Assembly: GCA_041652815.1 (NCBI GenBank)
Contig: JBAZGN010000002.1
Span: forward strand, 238,261-302,260
Length of the DNA stretch: 64,000 nucleotides
Direction: 5' to 3'
From: Candidatus Omnitrophota bacterium
Lineage (GTDB): Bacteria; Omnitrophota; Gorgyraeia; Duberdicusellales; 4484-171
Below the pieces are notes generated by a model. The model saw nothing but the letters and a program-made list of their open reading frames with translations, ran no database searches and was not told the DNA's origin. Position numbers and translations under genes: made by a program. The stretch's first letter is position 1. Every line of letters starts with the position of its first letter. This document shows positions 19,712 to 29,198 of this stretch, one piece after another.

Positions 19712-20739
19712 AATTTAAAAATTCAAAATTGTTTTTCTTGGACCAGACCAAATTACCGCAAAAGGAAGTTTGGAAAGAATGTAAAAATGTTCGCGAGGGG
19801 TTTCTAGCCATAAAAGAGCTTAAGGTTCGGGGCGCGCCATTAATCGGTGTTTTTGCGGCGTATTGCATTGCTGTTTATGCAAAAAACCTTAAATTAGGAA
19901 AAGAAAGATTTTTAGGCGAGCTTAAACGAGCCATAATGGGACTAAAATTGTGCCGGCCTACCGCAGTCAACCTACGCTGGGCGCTAAGCGAACTTGAAAA
20001 GGTAATTCTTCAAAATAGCGGAAAAAGCATAGATGCAATCAGGAAAGCTCTTCTGGATGAAGCACAAAAAATATACAAGCAGGATATAGAATTATGCGAA
20101 AAAATGGCTGATTTCGGCGTAAAGCTTATTAAAAGCGGTGACAACATACTTACCCACTGTAATGCCGGCTTTCTGGCAACCGCAGGCGAGGGTACTGCTT
20201 TAAGCCTTATTTATAAGGCGCAAAAGATTTACAAAAATATTAAGGTTTATGCCGATGAGACAAGGCCTCTCTTACAGGGCGCGCGTTTAACTGCCTGGGA
20301 ATTAACCAAAAGAAGAATAAACTGCACGCTTATATGTGATAACATGGCAGCTTATCTTATGCAAAAAGGAAAAATCGATAAAATATTTGTAGGTGCTGAC
20401 AGAATTGCCGCCAACGGAGATGTCGCTAACAAAATAGGAACTTATAGCGTTGCCGTAGCTGCAAAGTATCATAAAGTGCCATTTTACGTAGTTGCTCCTT
20501 TTAGCACGTTTGATTTGTCTCTTTCAAATGGAGGACAAATTCCTATCGAAGAAAGAGATAGCTGCGAAGTAAAAACAGTATTAGGTAAAATTGATATCGC
20601 GCCAAAGAATGTGAAAGTGTTTAATCCCGCTTTTGACGTAACGCCTTCCCGGCTTATTACGGCTATCGTAAGCGACAGAGGCATAATTTATCCTCCTTAC
20701 GATAAAAATATAAAAAAGTTACTTAGCAAGAATATTTAA
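19699..20739 (+). CDS. mtnA: eIF-2B alpha/beta/delta-family isomerase (methylthioribose-1-phosphate isomerase or ribose-1,5-bisphosphate isomerase type)
   Basis: The MtnA-like N-terminus is followed by a GAD / ANKIGT-like core. The length is 346 aa. Confidence 0.6.
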   Translation: MFSIKFKNSKLFFLDQTKLPQKEVWKECKNVREGFLAIKELKVRGAPLIGVFAAYCIAVYAKNLKLGKERFLGELKRAIMGLKLCRPTAVNLRWALSELEKVILQNSGKSIDAIRKALLDEAQKIYKQDIELCEKMADFGVKLIKSGDNILTHCNAGFLATAGEGTALSLIYKAQKIYKNIKVYADETRPLLQGARLTAWELTKRRINCTLICDNMAAYLMQKGKIDKIFVGADRIAANGDVANKIGTYSVAVAAKYHKVPFYVVAPFSTFDLSLSNGGQIPIEERDSCEVKTVLGKIDIAPKNVKVFNPAFDVTPSRLITAIVSDRGIIYPPYDKNIKKLLSKNI

Positions 20740-20741
20740 TT

Positions 20742-21596
20742 ATGGCATTTAATGAGCTTAATTGGGTTGATTTTTTAAAGAATAAAGTAAAAAAAAGCAA
20801 TAATGTTTTGGTCGGTATAGGAGATGATTGTGCCCTGGTTAAGTTAGAAAACAGAAATGTTCTTTTAAAGAGCGATTTGTTTATAGAAGATATTCATTTT
20901 AAGCTGCAGGATACTTCTTATAAAACGATAGGTATGCGCGCGGTTGCGAGGGTACTTTCTGATATTGCCGCGTGTGGCGGCATGCCAAAATTTTTAGGCA
21001 TATCAATAGGGATTTCGCGTTTTGTAAGTGAAAAAAACCTCAAAGAAATATTAAAGGGAGCAATTTACTTAAGTAAAAAATATAATTTTCGCCTGATAGG
21101 CGGGGATACAGCTTGTACCGATAAGATTTTTTTGGATGTTTGGGCCATCGGAAGTTGTGATAAGTTTATAAAAAGAAGCACTGCTAATGATGGCGATTAT
21201 ATTTTTGTAACCGGAAAATTAGGCGAACGTAAATTTAATGAAAGTTTTACCCCCCGCCTTAATGAAGCAAAATACCTCGCCTCAAATTTTAAGATCAGCT
21301 CAATGATTGATATTTCAGACGGGTTTGCGCTTGACCTCGCCCGGTTGCTTAAAGAAAGCAGGAAAGGCGCGCTTATACATAAGAACAAGATACCGGCCGT
21401 ACACGGCGAGAGCGATTTTTATAGAGGCGAGGATTATGAACTTATTTTCACGGTAGATAAAAATGAGCGAAAAATGGATTTATTAAAGTCAAAATTTTAT
21501 TTTCTGGGGACTGTTGAAAGCCGTAAGTTTGGATATAAAATAGAGGATAATAATAAATTGAGTAAAGTAAATATAACAGGATACACACATTTCTAA
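20742..21596 (+). CDS. thiL: AIR-synthase-related protein, thiamine-monophosphate kinase-like
   Basis: The N-terminal GDDCALV...EDIHF pattern is present. The ~285 aa length fits. Confidence 0.5.
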   Translation: MAFNELNWVDFLKNKVKKSNNVLVGIGDDCALVKLENRNVLLKSDLFIEDIHFKLQDTSYKTIGMRAVARVLSDIAACGGMPKFLGISIGISRFVSEKNLKEILKGAIYLSKKYNFRLIGGDTACTDKIFLDVWAIGSCDKFIKRSTANDGDYIFVTGKLGERKFNESFTPRLNEAKYLASNFKISSMIDISDGFALDLARLLKESRKGALIHKNKIPAVHGESDFYRGEDYELIFTVDKNERKMDLLKSKFYFLGTVESRKFGYKIEDNNKLSKVNITGYTHF

Positions 21597-21615
21597 GAAT
21601 TGGAGCATTGGTTTT

Positions 21616-22071
21616 GTGGGGTTAGAAAAAAATACCGTTTATACGAGGTCCTTTGAAGAAACAATTTCGCTTGGTAAGAAATTTTCCGCTACCTTAACTA
21701 AAAAAGACGTTGTTGTTTTAGAGGGGGCCTTAGGCGGCGGTAAAACGACTTTTATAAAAGGGGTAGTTAAGGGGCTTGATATAAAAGCAAAAGTTTTAAG
21801 CCCCTCATTTACTCTTGTGCGGCAATATGGCACAGGCAGGTTAAGCTTTTACCATATTGATCTTTACCGGCTAAAAGAAAATGAAATTTTTAATATTGGT
21901 ATTGAAGATTTCCTTTACGCAAAGGATACAATCACTGTGATTGAATGGGGAGAGAAAATCGAAGATTTTATTCCTGCGTATATAAAGATAGAATTTTCTT
22001 TATTGGATCAAAATGTCCGTAAAATAGATTTTTCTTTGAAAGGTTATAAAGGTAGGGAAATGAAAATATGA
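21616..22071 (+). CDS. tsaE: tRNA t6A biosynthesis protein TsaE (YjeE ATPase)
   Basis: The P-loop LEGALGGGKTTFIKG is present. The start is GTG. Confidence 0.75.
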   Translation: MGLEKNTVYTRSFEETISLGKKFSATLTKKDVVVLEGALGGGKTTFIKGVVKGLDIKAKVLSPSFTLVRQYGTGRLSFYHIDLYRLKENEIFNIGIEDFLYAKDTITVIEWGEKIEDFIPAYIKIEFSLLDQNVRKIDFSLKGYKGREMKI

Positions 22072-22177
22072 ACCTAATATTTACACCGCTAAAACGCAAA
22101 ATGCCGCGAAATCACAAAGTTTTGCGGTTTTGTTTTTGCGTCTTTGCGGATTTTAGCGGTTTTGCGGTGTTCACACA
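22072..22177. repeat. Intergenic dyad element, family R3 (ACACCGC...GCAAAA / TTTTGCGG...GCGGTGTT), copy A
   Basis: It starts with TACACCGCTAAAACGCAAAA and ends with TTTTGCGGTGTTCAC. It is related to 26256..26410. Confidence 0.65.
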
Positions 22178-22849
22178 ATGAATATCTTAGCGATTGATTC
22201 ATCATCGGAAAACCTTTCAATCAGCCTGCTCTGGCGGGGAAAAATTTTGTTTGATTTTAACAGGCATCTTAAATTTGGCGCCTCACAGCTTGTCTATTTT
22301 ATTGATAAAAATCTTCGTAAACACCATATAAGCCTAAAGGATATAGATATTTTTGCAATTGGCCAGGGGCCAGGGTCTTTTACCGGGCTTAGAGTATCTT
22401 TCAGTGTAATTAAAGCTTTTATGATATCTTTAAATGTGCCGGCAGTTTGCGTTGGAAGTTTCTACTCTATGGTTTACCCGTTCAGTAAAGGCCATAAGAA
22501 GATCGCAGTTGTTTCAGATGCCAGAAGAGGCCTTGTGTATGCTGCTACATTTATAGTAAGGAATAACTTGCTGCAAAGAGAAACAAAAGAGCATTTGGCT
22601 GCGCTACGGGATTTTGTGCGCGGTAAATCAGAATATTTTTTTATAACCTGCGATGAGCATTTATATAAGGAGTTGTCTGGAATAAATCAGGAAATAAATT
22701 TTAGTCAAACAGTAGTCTATCCTAAGGCAAAGTATTATTTGAAAATTGCACAGGATCTGGCTAAGAAAAAAAGATTTGTTGCGATTGGTGATTTAGAGCC
22801 GTTATATTTGCATCCGAAAACCTGTCAAATAAGGAAAAAATATGTTTAG
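22178..22849 (+). CDS. tsaB: tRNA t6A biosynthesis protein TsaB (YeaZ)
   Basis: The N-terminal MNILAIDSSSENLSISL is present. The length is 223 aa. Confidence 0.7.
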   Translation: MNILAIDSSSENLSISLLWRGKILFDFNRHLKFGASQLVYFIDKNLRKHHISLKDIDIFAIGQGPGSFTGLRVSFSVIKAFMISLNVPAVCVGSFYSMVYPFSKGHKKIAVVSDARRGLVYAATFIVRNNLLQRETKEHLAALRDFVRGKSEYFFITCDEHLYKELSGINQEINFSQTVVYPKAKYYLKIAQDLAKKKRFVAIGDLEPLYLHPKTCQIRKKYV

Positions 22850-23987
22850 GCCATTGTGGATAGAGATAGATTTAAAAGCTTTACGGGAAAACTTTAACTT
22901 TATAAGAAAATCAGTTGGCAGCCACGTAAAAATAATTGCAACTATCAAACAGCAGGCTTACGGCCACGGTTTAATTCCCGTTGCGAGAGAGTTATCCTAT
23001 CTTAACGTAGATTGTTTTGGTGTTGGGTCAATTGAGGAGGCAGTTTCGCTTCGAGAAAATGGATTTAAAGAGCCAATACTTACCATAAGCGCTATACTTC
23101 CAGACTATGTAGAAGAAATTTTAAGATACAAAATAACACCTACTATTGCCGATTTAAATTTTGCAAAAAGGCTGAATAAGGCAGCGGCAAGGTCAAATGC
23201 CCAGGTTCCCGTGCATGTTAAAATTGATACCGGCATGGGTAGGCTTGGTTTATACTATAAAGAAGCTTATGGCCTTATACGTGAATTAAAACGCCTTAAA
23301 GCCATTAATATGGAGGGTGTGTATACGCACTTTCCTGTTGCAGATACAGACCCTGATTTTACTAATTCTCAGATAAATGTGTTTAACAAATTCATTTCAC
23401 GCCTTGCGAAAGAAGGAATTACGTTTAAATATCAACACTGCGCAAACAGTTTAGGTGTTGCGCATTACCCGCATTCGCATTTTAATATAGTCAGGCCAGG
23501 CCTTATACTTTATGGGATTAAACCTTCTGCGAAGGCTATCCTAAATCTAAAACCGGTGCTTTCTCTTAAATCAAAAACCATATTTATAAAAAAGATAAAA
23601 AAGGGCATGAGCGTAAGCTATGGCAGGACGTTTGTCGCAACTAAATCTACAAATATCGCAACCATTTCTATAGGTTATGCGGATGGATATCCTTGGTCGC
23701 TGTCAAACAGCGCAAAGACAATAATAGGGGATAGTTTTTTCAATCTGGCAGGAAGAGTTTGCATGGACCATATAATGGTAAATTTGGGCAGCAATTCCGG
23801 TATAAAGGTGGGAGATGAGGTGGTTTTAATCGGGAAGAAGAATAATCTGAAGATAACAACAGAGGAAGTAGCAACCTGGGCCAAAACTATTCCCTATGAA
23901 ATAGTCAGCCGGCTTTCCTTAAAAATACCCAGGCTATATAAAAACGCCAACGAGAAACAGCTATGTTTCCTTAGGAATCAATTTTGA
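22842..23987 (+). CDS. alr: Alanine racemase
   Basis: The PLP-lysine region VKIIATIKQQAYGHG is present. The length is 381 aa. Confidence 0.85.
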   Translation: MFRPLWIEIDLKALRENFNFIRKSVGSHVKIIATIKQQAYGHGLIPVARELSYLNVDCFGVGSIEEAVSLRENGFKEPILTISAILPDYVEEILRYKITPTIADLNFAKRLNKAAARSNAQVPVHVKIDTGMGRLGLYYKEAYGLIRELKRLKAINMEGVYTHFPVADTDPDFTNSQINVFNKFISRLAKEGITFKYQHCANSLGVAHYPHSHFNIVRPGLILYGIKPSAKAILNLKPVLSLKSKTIFIKKIKKGMSVSYGRTFVATKSTNIATISIGYADGYPWSLSNSAKTIIGDSFFNLAGRVCMDHIMVNLGSNSGIKVGDEVVLIGKKNNLKITTEEVATWAKTIPYEIVSRLSLKIPRLYKNANEKQLCFLRNQF

Positions 23988-24091
23988 TTTAAGCGATAAT
24001 AATTAGAGGGCAGATAAACGTATCTGCTCAACACGCTGAAGGCCTGTTAGACTTCCATCTGCCATCCAAATTAAATTTTCAGTTTGATTAG

Positions 24092-25180
24092 TTATTTCAA
24101 GAAAATAAGCCCGGTTATGCCGGCACTTACAAAAAACAGAGGGGCAAGCCAGGGTGAGAAATTAGCAAGTATTATTCCACCTTTGCCAAGAGCTATTCCA
24201 AAATACATAAAGGTATAATAAACAAAGCTGCATATTATACCCACTCCAAGAGAAGAAAATCCGGCCCGTCTCTTTTTTATTTCCAGGGCCAACGGTAAAA
24301 TTCCTATTACCAGAAACAAAGTAGAAAGCGGTTCAACGATTTTTCTGTTGTAGTCTATCGTGAGGTTGGCAAGCTTATCAAAAGCTTTTATCTGCTTTAA
24401 TTGCCGTATTTCTTTTTTTAGATTTTTCAATGAAGCAAACTGGAAAAGTATACTTTTCTTAAAAACCAGGGTTTCGGGTTTTTCTTCGAGTTTTATTTCT
24501 TTTTTGGCCCAATAAACCGGCATTCCGGTTATATTACCCGCACTGTCAAGCTTATATTCCATTACCCCGTTTGCTTCCCATTTATTCTCCGCATAAACCA
24601 TGCTTTTAGCTATAGTTTTTTTAGTAATATTCTTTCTTTCGTTTTCTTCAAACATTATTACATCAGATAATGTTTTTTTCTGAGGGGAGAACTTTCCCAC
24701 AAAAAAAATCGTATTCATCGAAGAAAATGCAAGATTTGTTTCGTCTGATTGTGAGGAATAAGTTTTCTTTATCGAATGAATTTTTATATCTTCTATTTTT
24801 TTCTGCGCGCCGATAAGTATTTTTTCCTGTATAAAAAGAGAGCCGGATGAAACTATAATTGAAAAGAATATTATGGGAAAAGCTATTCTTAAAACACTTA
24901 TTCCGGAAGCGCGCATGCTTAAAACTTCATTGTGGCGGCCGAGTTCACCAAAAGTGTAAAAAACGCTTATCGGCAGAGAAAAAGGGCTTACGGTTAAAAA
25001 TATCAAAGGAATCATGTTGAGGTAGTAAGAAATAAGAACGGAGGCCGGGGGTTTAGATTTCAAAATATCTGAAAGGGTGTAAGAGATGTCTATAATAAAA
25101 TAAAGCGTAATAAAAACAAAGAGTATGAATAGATAACAGTAAACAATATTTTTTAAAATATATTTATCTAAAATGCGCAT
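24092..25180 (-). CDS. lptG: LptG-like LPS export permease (YjgP/YjgQ family)
   Basis: The N-terminus MRILDKYILKN, 6-TM topology and periplasmic beta-jellyroll insert are present. It is in tandem with a paralog. Confidence 0.65.
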   Translation of the reverse strand: MRILDKYILKNIVYCYLFILFVFITLYFIIDISYTLSDILKSKPPASVLISYYLNMIPLIFLTVSPFSLPISVFYTFGELGRHNEVLSMRASGISVLRIAFPIIFFSIIVSSGSLFIQEKILIGAQKKIEDIKIHSIKKTYSSQSDETNLAFSSMNTIFFVGKFSPQKKTLSDVIMFEENERKNITKKTIAKSMVYAENKWEANGVMEYKLDSAGNITGMPVYWAKKEIKLEEKPETLVFKKSILFQFASLKNLKKEIRQLKQIKAFDKLANLTIDYNRKIVEPLSTLFLVIGILPLALEIKKRRAGFSSLGVGIICSFVYYTFMYFGIALGKGGIILANFSPWLAPLFFVSAGITGLIFLK

Positions 25181-26255
25181 TTTTGTATAAAAAGAAGCTT
25201 CCTATCGCGGCAATTATGATATTGGGCAGCCACATACCTATAGCTGGGCTTAGCATGCGGTACTCGATAAGAGTTTCTGCGGGTATAAAAAGCAGAAAAT
25301 ATACAAGCGCCGTAAAGGCTGCGATTCCGAAATTTATGGACTTTTCCCTGTGCCTTACAAGCAGGGATACGCCAAAACCAAGCAGCGTAAAAGTAAGCAT
25401 AGAGAAAGAAAAACTTATTCGTTTATGAAATTCTGCCAATAGTTCTCGTGTGTCAATTCCCATTTGTTTATAGTTTTTTATTTTTTCCAGCAATTCTTTT
25501 ATCGTCATGTCCGCTGCTTTTTTATCTACTTTAACCGCTTTTTTATCGGAGATAGGTATATCCATAAAAAATATTTCGAAATTAAGACGGAATAATTCCT
25601 TTTTATCGTCGGAAGAATTTTCATCTCTGAATCCGTTTTCAAGCTTCATTTTAAGGATATTTTTTTCAACAACGAATTCTCCTTTCTTTGCGTAAGTTAC
25701 GCGGCTAACGCCTTCTTTGTCGCTTATTTCGTAAATAAATACATTTTTCAATTTATTCCCGTCTTTATCCGATACGTAAAGAATGTAATTCGGGAAAGTT
25801 TCCATAAACACGCCAGGTTCTATCAAAGAAGAGATGTTTTTAGGCTGTACATTTTTCATCTGCACACGGTAACTGTAATGAAAGTAAGGGTCGATTCTAT
25901 CATTGATGATATAAAGGCAAAGAGAAAGGGCAAAACCGATAATTAGAAAAATATTAAGGAGCTTTAAAGACGAAACGCCCGCTACATTCATCGCAACTAT
26001 TTCGTTATCGGAGATAATCCTGCCCATCGATAAAAGAATGCCGAACAGAAAAGAAAACGGCAAAGTGTAACGTAAGAGGTTTACCAAATACGGCGCGCAT
26101 ATCTTTAAAGCCATACCCAAATCCATGCCTTTTCGTATTACAAGTTGGGAAGCCATCATCAAATTTACAAGCAGCATCAATAAGGTTGCAAAAAGCAGAG
26201 AGAAGAAGAAGGTAGTAAAAAAATCCTTTAAAATGTAATTACGTAATATTTTCAT
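25164..26255 (-). CDS. lptF: LptF-like LPS export permease (YjgP/YjgQ family)
   Basis: The N-terminus is MKILRNYILKD. It is paired and overlapping with lptG. Confidence 0.65.
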   Translation of the reverse strand: MKILRNYILKDFFTTFFFSLLFATLLMLLVNLMMASQLVIRKGMDLGMALKICAPYLVNLLRYTLPFSFLFGILLSMGRIISDNEIVAMNVAGVSSLKLLNIFLIIGFALSLCLYIINDRIDPYFHYSYRVQMKNVQPKNISSLIEPGVFMETFPNYILYVSDKDGNKLKNVFIYEISDKEGVSRVTYAKKGEFVVEKNILKMKLENGFRDENSSDDKKELFRLNFEIFFMDIPISDKKAVKVDKKAADMTIKELLEKIKNYKQMGIDTRELLAEFHKRISFSFSMLTFTLLGFGVSLLVRHREKSINFGIAAFTALVYFLLFIPAETLIEYRMLSPAIGMWLPNIIIAAIGSFFLYKNAHFR

Positions 26256-26410
26256 ATATTTAAAGTGTTAAAAACTTTTTCTACACCGCAAACCCGCTAA
26301 AGACCGCAAAAAATGCAAAAGGAGAAATATCGATATACTGTAAAAATACAATGGAAATGCAATTTATTTTTTGCGATTTTGGTCTCCTTTGCGCCTTCGC
26401 GGTGTTTTCT
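26256..26410. repeat. Intergenic dyad element, family R3, copy B
   Basis: It runs TACACCGCAAACCCGCTAAAGACCGCAAAAAATGCAAAA ... TTTTTGCGATTTTGG ... GCGCCTTCGCGGTGTT. Confidence 0.6.
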
Positions 26411-27121
26411 CTATGTTTTTGAAAAAGCTATCACTGTAATCGCAGCCCCTTTTTCTTTAAGCGCATAAGCGCATTCTTTTACGGTTGAACCGGTAGTAAA
26501 AATATCATCTACTAGTATAACTTTTTTGTTTTCCAGGCCTGCCTGCGCCGAGAAAGCGCCTTTTAGGTTCTTAAGCCGGCTGATTTTATCCAGTTTTGCC
26601 TGGGATGAGCTTTCTCTAGTAGCATAGATTATATCATCTTTAAAGCAAATTTTGAAATAATTTGCTAAATATTGTGCAAGCAGGCCTGCCTGATTATAGC
26701 CTCTGTCGCGTAACTTGGTTTTATATAAAGGGACTGCTGTTATAATATCATAACCGCAGGGCTCAAAACCAATTCGTGTTAAATGTTTAATCATCAAAGA
26801 AGCAAACAACTCAACAAGGAAATCGTAATTTTTATATTTAAAAGAATGTATTAAATCTACGACAGGATTTTTATATTTTGTTATGCAAATCAATTTTTCG
26901 TAAGGGAATTTTTTCTTTAAACACTTGGCGCAGATTTTTTCTTTTTTATTTGTTAGCCGGTTTGAACAAAAAGGACACAGTGGAGGATAAATAAATTCTA
27001 TTTGGTTAAGGCATTTTGGGCAAAGATACCCTTCAATTATTTTTTCTTCGCAGGCGAAGCAAATTTTTGGTAAAAGAATATCTTTTATTGCCATCAAATA
27101 ATTTTTCAGCATAACCCACAT
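26411..27121 (-). CDS. comFC: ComF-family protein (N-terminal zinc ribbon + phosphoribosyltransferase domain)
   Basis: There are N-terminal CxxC...CxxC pairs. The C-terminal PRTase motif is VILVDDIFTTGST. Confidence 0.7.
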   Translation of the reverse strand: MWVMLKNYLMAIKDILLPKICFACEEKIIEGYLCPKCLNQIEFIYPPLCPFCSNRLTNKKEKICAKCLKKKFPYEKLICITKYKNPVVDLIHSFKYKNYDFLVELFASLMIKHLTRIGFEPCGYDIITAVPLYKTKLRDRGYNQAGLLAQYLANYFKICFKDDIIYATRESSSQAKLDKISRLKNLKGAFSAQAGLENKKVILVDDIFTTGSTVKECAYALKEKGAAITVIAFSKT

Positions 27122-27332
27122 TCTAAGGTTTTTTATGCAATTTGCAAACCTTATTGATGCACAGATGAGATATTCGTCTAACGGTTGCCTGCCCGCCGCA
27201 GGCGGGCGAGTTCGTTACGGTTGCGTTAAGCGCAGGGCGTCATTAAGACGCAACCGATAAACGATAGATGAAACGAGTCGCACAACCGATGGACGATTTA
27301 CGATATACTAAATCTGTGCCATAAACCTCACA
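27122..27332. repeat. Intergenic dyad element, family R4 (CAACCGAT / CGTTAC words + GC hairpin GCCTGCCCGCCGCAGGCGGGCGAG), copy A
   Basis: It shares the CAACCGATGGACG...ACGATATAC 3' module with 32084..32297. The GC hairpin module is present in reverse-complement orientation there. Confidence 0.7.
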
Positions 27333-27386
27333 TTGCAAAATTACGCTTGTGGTAGTAAAATATGCCTTCAAAAAGGGGGGTATTTT

Positions 27387-28028
27387 ATGAACAAAAAGAT
27401 AGTTTTTTTCATTATGGCTATTACATTTTTATGGTCAGCCAGCTTATTTGCTGAAGCAGTAAAATTAATTAAATTGCCTCAACCTGATATGCAGGGAGGA
27501 AAACCCTTAATGCAGGCTCTAAAAGAAAGAAAATCCAGCCGTGAATTTTCTAATAAGTTGCTTTCTCCCCAAATGCTTTCAGATTTATTATGGGCTGCTT
27601 ATGGCGTAAATAGAGTTGAATCAAAGGGAAGAACCGCCCCTTCGGCTATGAATGTCCAGGAAATAGATATATATGTTGCACTTTCTTCAGGCTTATACTT
27701 ATACGATTCTTTCAAAAACACACTTGAGCTTATTGTGGCGCAGGATATAAGAGGTGTAACCGGCACTCAGCTTTTCGTTAAAGAAGCGCCGATAAACTTA
27801 ATTTTTGTTGCAGATTTTTCCCGCGCAGAAAAATTGGAAGGGGATAAGGAAGCCATCGCAGCCTGCGATACGGGCTTCATTAGCCAGAACGTTTATCTTT
27901 ATTGTGCATCCAGCGGGTTATCAACTGTTGTGCGAGGTTGGTTTGATAAAAAAGAGCTTTCTCAAGCTATGAAGCTTAAACCCAATCAAAAAATAATTCT
28001 TACGCAGACAGTCGGATATCCGAAATGA
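27387..28028 (+). CDS. Nitroreductase-family (SagB-type dehydrogenase-like) protein with N-terminal signal peptide/anchor
   Basis: The hydrophobic N-terminus MNKKIVFFIMAITFLWSASLFA is present. The nitroreductase-fold core is KERKSSREF...LLWAAYGVNR. A strong RBS precedes ATG 27387. Confidence 0.55.
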   Translation: MNKKIVFFIMAITFLWSASLFAEAVKLIKLPQPDMQGGKPLMQALKERKSSREFSNKLLSPQMLSDLLWAAYGVNRVESKGRTAPSAMNVQEIDIYVALSSGLYLYDSFKNTLELIVAQDIRGVTGTQLFVKEAPINLIFVADFSRAEKLEGDKEAIAACDTGFISQNVYLYCASSGLSTVVRGWFDKKELSQAMKLKPNQKIILTQTVGYPK

Positions 28029-28049
28029 AATAATCTACGATAAGCTTAT

Positions 28050-29198
28050 ATGGATAAAATATATTTTGACTACAATTCAAGCACTCCTTTGGATAAAAGA
28101 GTTTTCAAGAAAATGCTTCCATACCTTGGGGCTAATTTTGCAAATCCGTCGGCAATTTACAGTATTGCCCAAAAGGCAAAGAATGCCATTGAGGATGCAA
28201 GAATTTCTGTTGCGAATCTACTTGGGGCAAAGCCAAAAGAGATAATTTTTACAAGTGGCGGCACAGAAGCAAATAACTTAGCGATAAAAGGATTTTGTTT
28301 TGCAAATCGCGCAAAGGGCAACCATATTATTACTTCAAAAATAGAGCATTCTTCGGTTTTGAATGTTTTTAATTTCTTAGAAACAAAAAATTTTAAGGTA
28401 ACATATCTTGATGTTGATGAATATGGCATAATCAATATGGAGCAGCTTGAAAGCTGTATGGACAAAGAAACCATTTTGCTTTCCATAATGCACGTAAATA
28501 ACGAAATTGGAACTATTCAGCCTATTGAAAAGCTCAAGGCTATCTGCAATAAACGTAAAGTCTGTTTCCATACAGATGCTGTACAGAGTTTCGGTAAAGT
28601 GGAGGTTGACGTAGCCTTCGCCGATTTAATTACTGTTTCTTCCCATAAAATTTATGGCCCCAAAGGTGCGGGTGCATTGTATGTTGGTAGTGGCATAAGC
28701 ATTGAACCGTTATTGCACGGTGGCCATCAAGAAGAGGAATTGCGTCCGGGTACAGAGGCGGTTGCATCAATCGTAGGTTTCGGAGAAGCGTGCCGATTAA
28801 GGTTGCAGGAAATGAAAGCAGAACAAATTAAAGTGAAAAAGATGAGAGATGCTCTAGAGGCGGGCATTCTTAAGACAGTAAAGGGAATAAAAGTAAATGG
28901 ACATCCTCAAAATCGGTTATATAATACTCTGAATATTTGTATTGAGGGCGTTGAAGCCCAGAATCTTGTAATAAACCTGGATATGAGAGGATTTTGTGCC
29001 TCAAGTGGCTCCGCCTGCCAGGCAAGGGTGCCGGAAGTTTCCTATGTTCTTATTGCAACAGGTATGAGCCAAAAAGATTGTGCTGGCGCTTTACGCTTAA
29101 GTTTGGGTAAGTTTAATAAGGAAAGTGATATTCACGCTTTACTTAAAGTATTACCGGAAATTATAAAAAATTTACGGGCATCAGCAAGCCATGGATAA
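28050..29198 (+). CDS. Cysteine desulfurase (class V PLP aminotransferase, IscS/NifS-like)
   Basis: The PLP-lysine region SSHKIYGPKG and the active-site Cys loop SSGSAC are present. The length is 382 aa. Confidence 0.8.
   Translation: MDKIYFDYNSSTPLDKRVFKKMLPYLGANFANPSAIYSIAQKAKNAIEDARISVANLLGAKPKEIIFTSGGTEANNLAIKGFCFANRAKGNHIITSKIEHSSVLNVFNFLETKNFKVTYLDVDEYGIINMEQLESCMDKETILLSIMHVNNEIGTIQPIEKLKAICNKRKVCFHTDAVQSFGKVEVDVAFADLITVSSHKIYGPKGAGALYVGSGISIEPLLHGGHQEEELRPGTEAVASIVGFGEACRLRLQEMKAEQIKVKKMRDALEAGILKTVKGIKVNGHPQNRLYNTLNICIEGVEAQNLVINLDMRGFCASSGSACQARVPEVSYVLIATGMSQKDCAGALRLSLGKFNKESDIHALLKVLPEIIKNLRASASHG

Noticed and set aside
24092-27121. Minus-strand block (lptG-lptF-comFC) as a horizontally acquired island
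   Set aside because: Composition and spacer-element content (an R3 copy between lptF and comFC) are the same as the rest of the window. No mobility genes are present. It is simply a divergently oriented housekeeping block.
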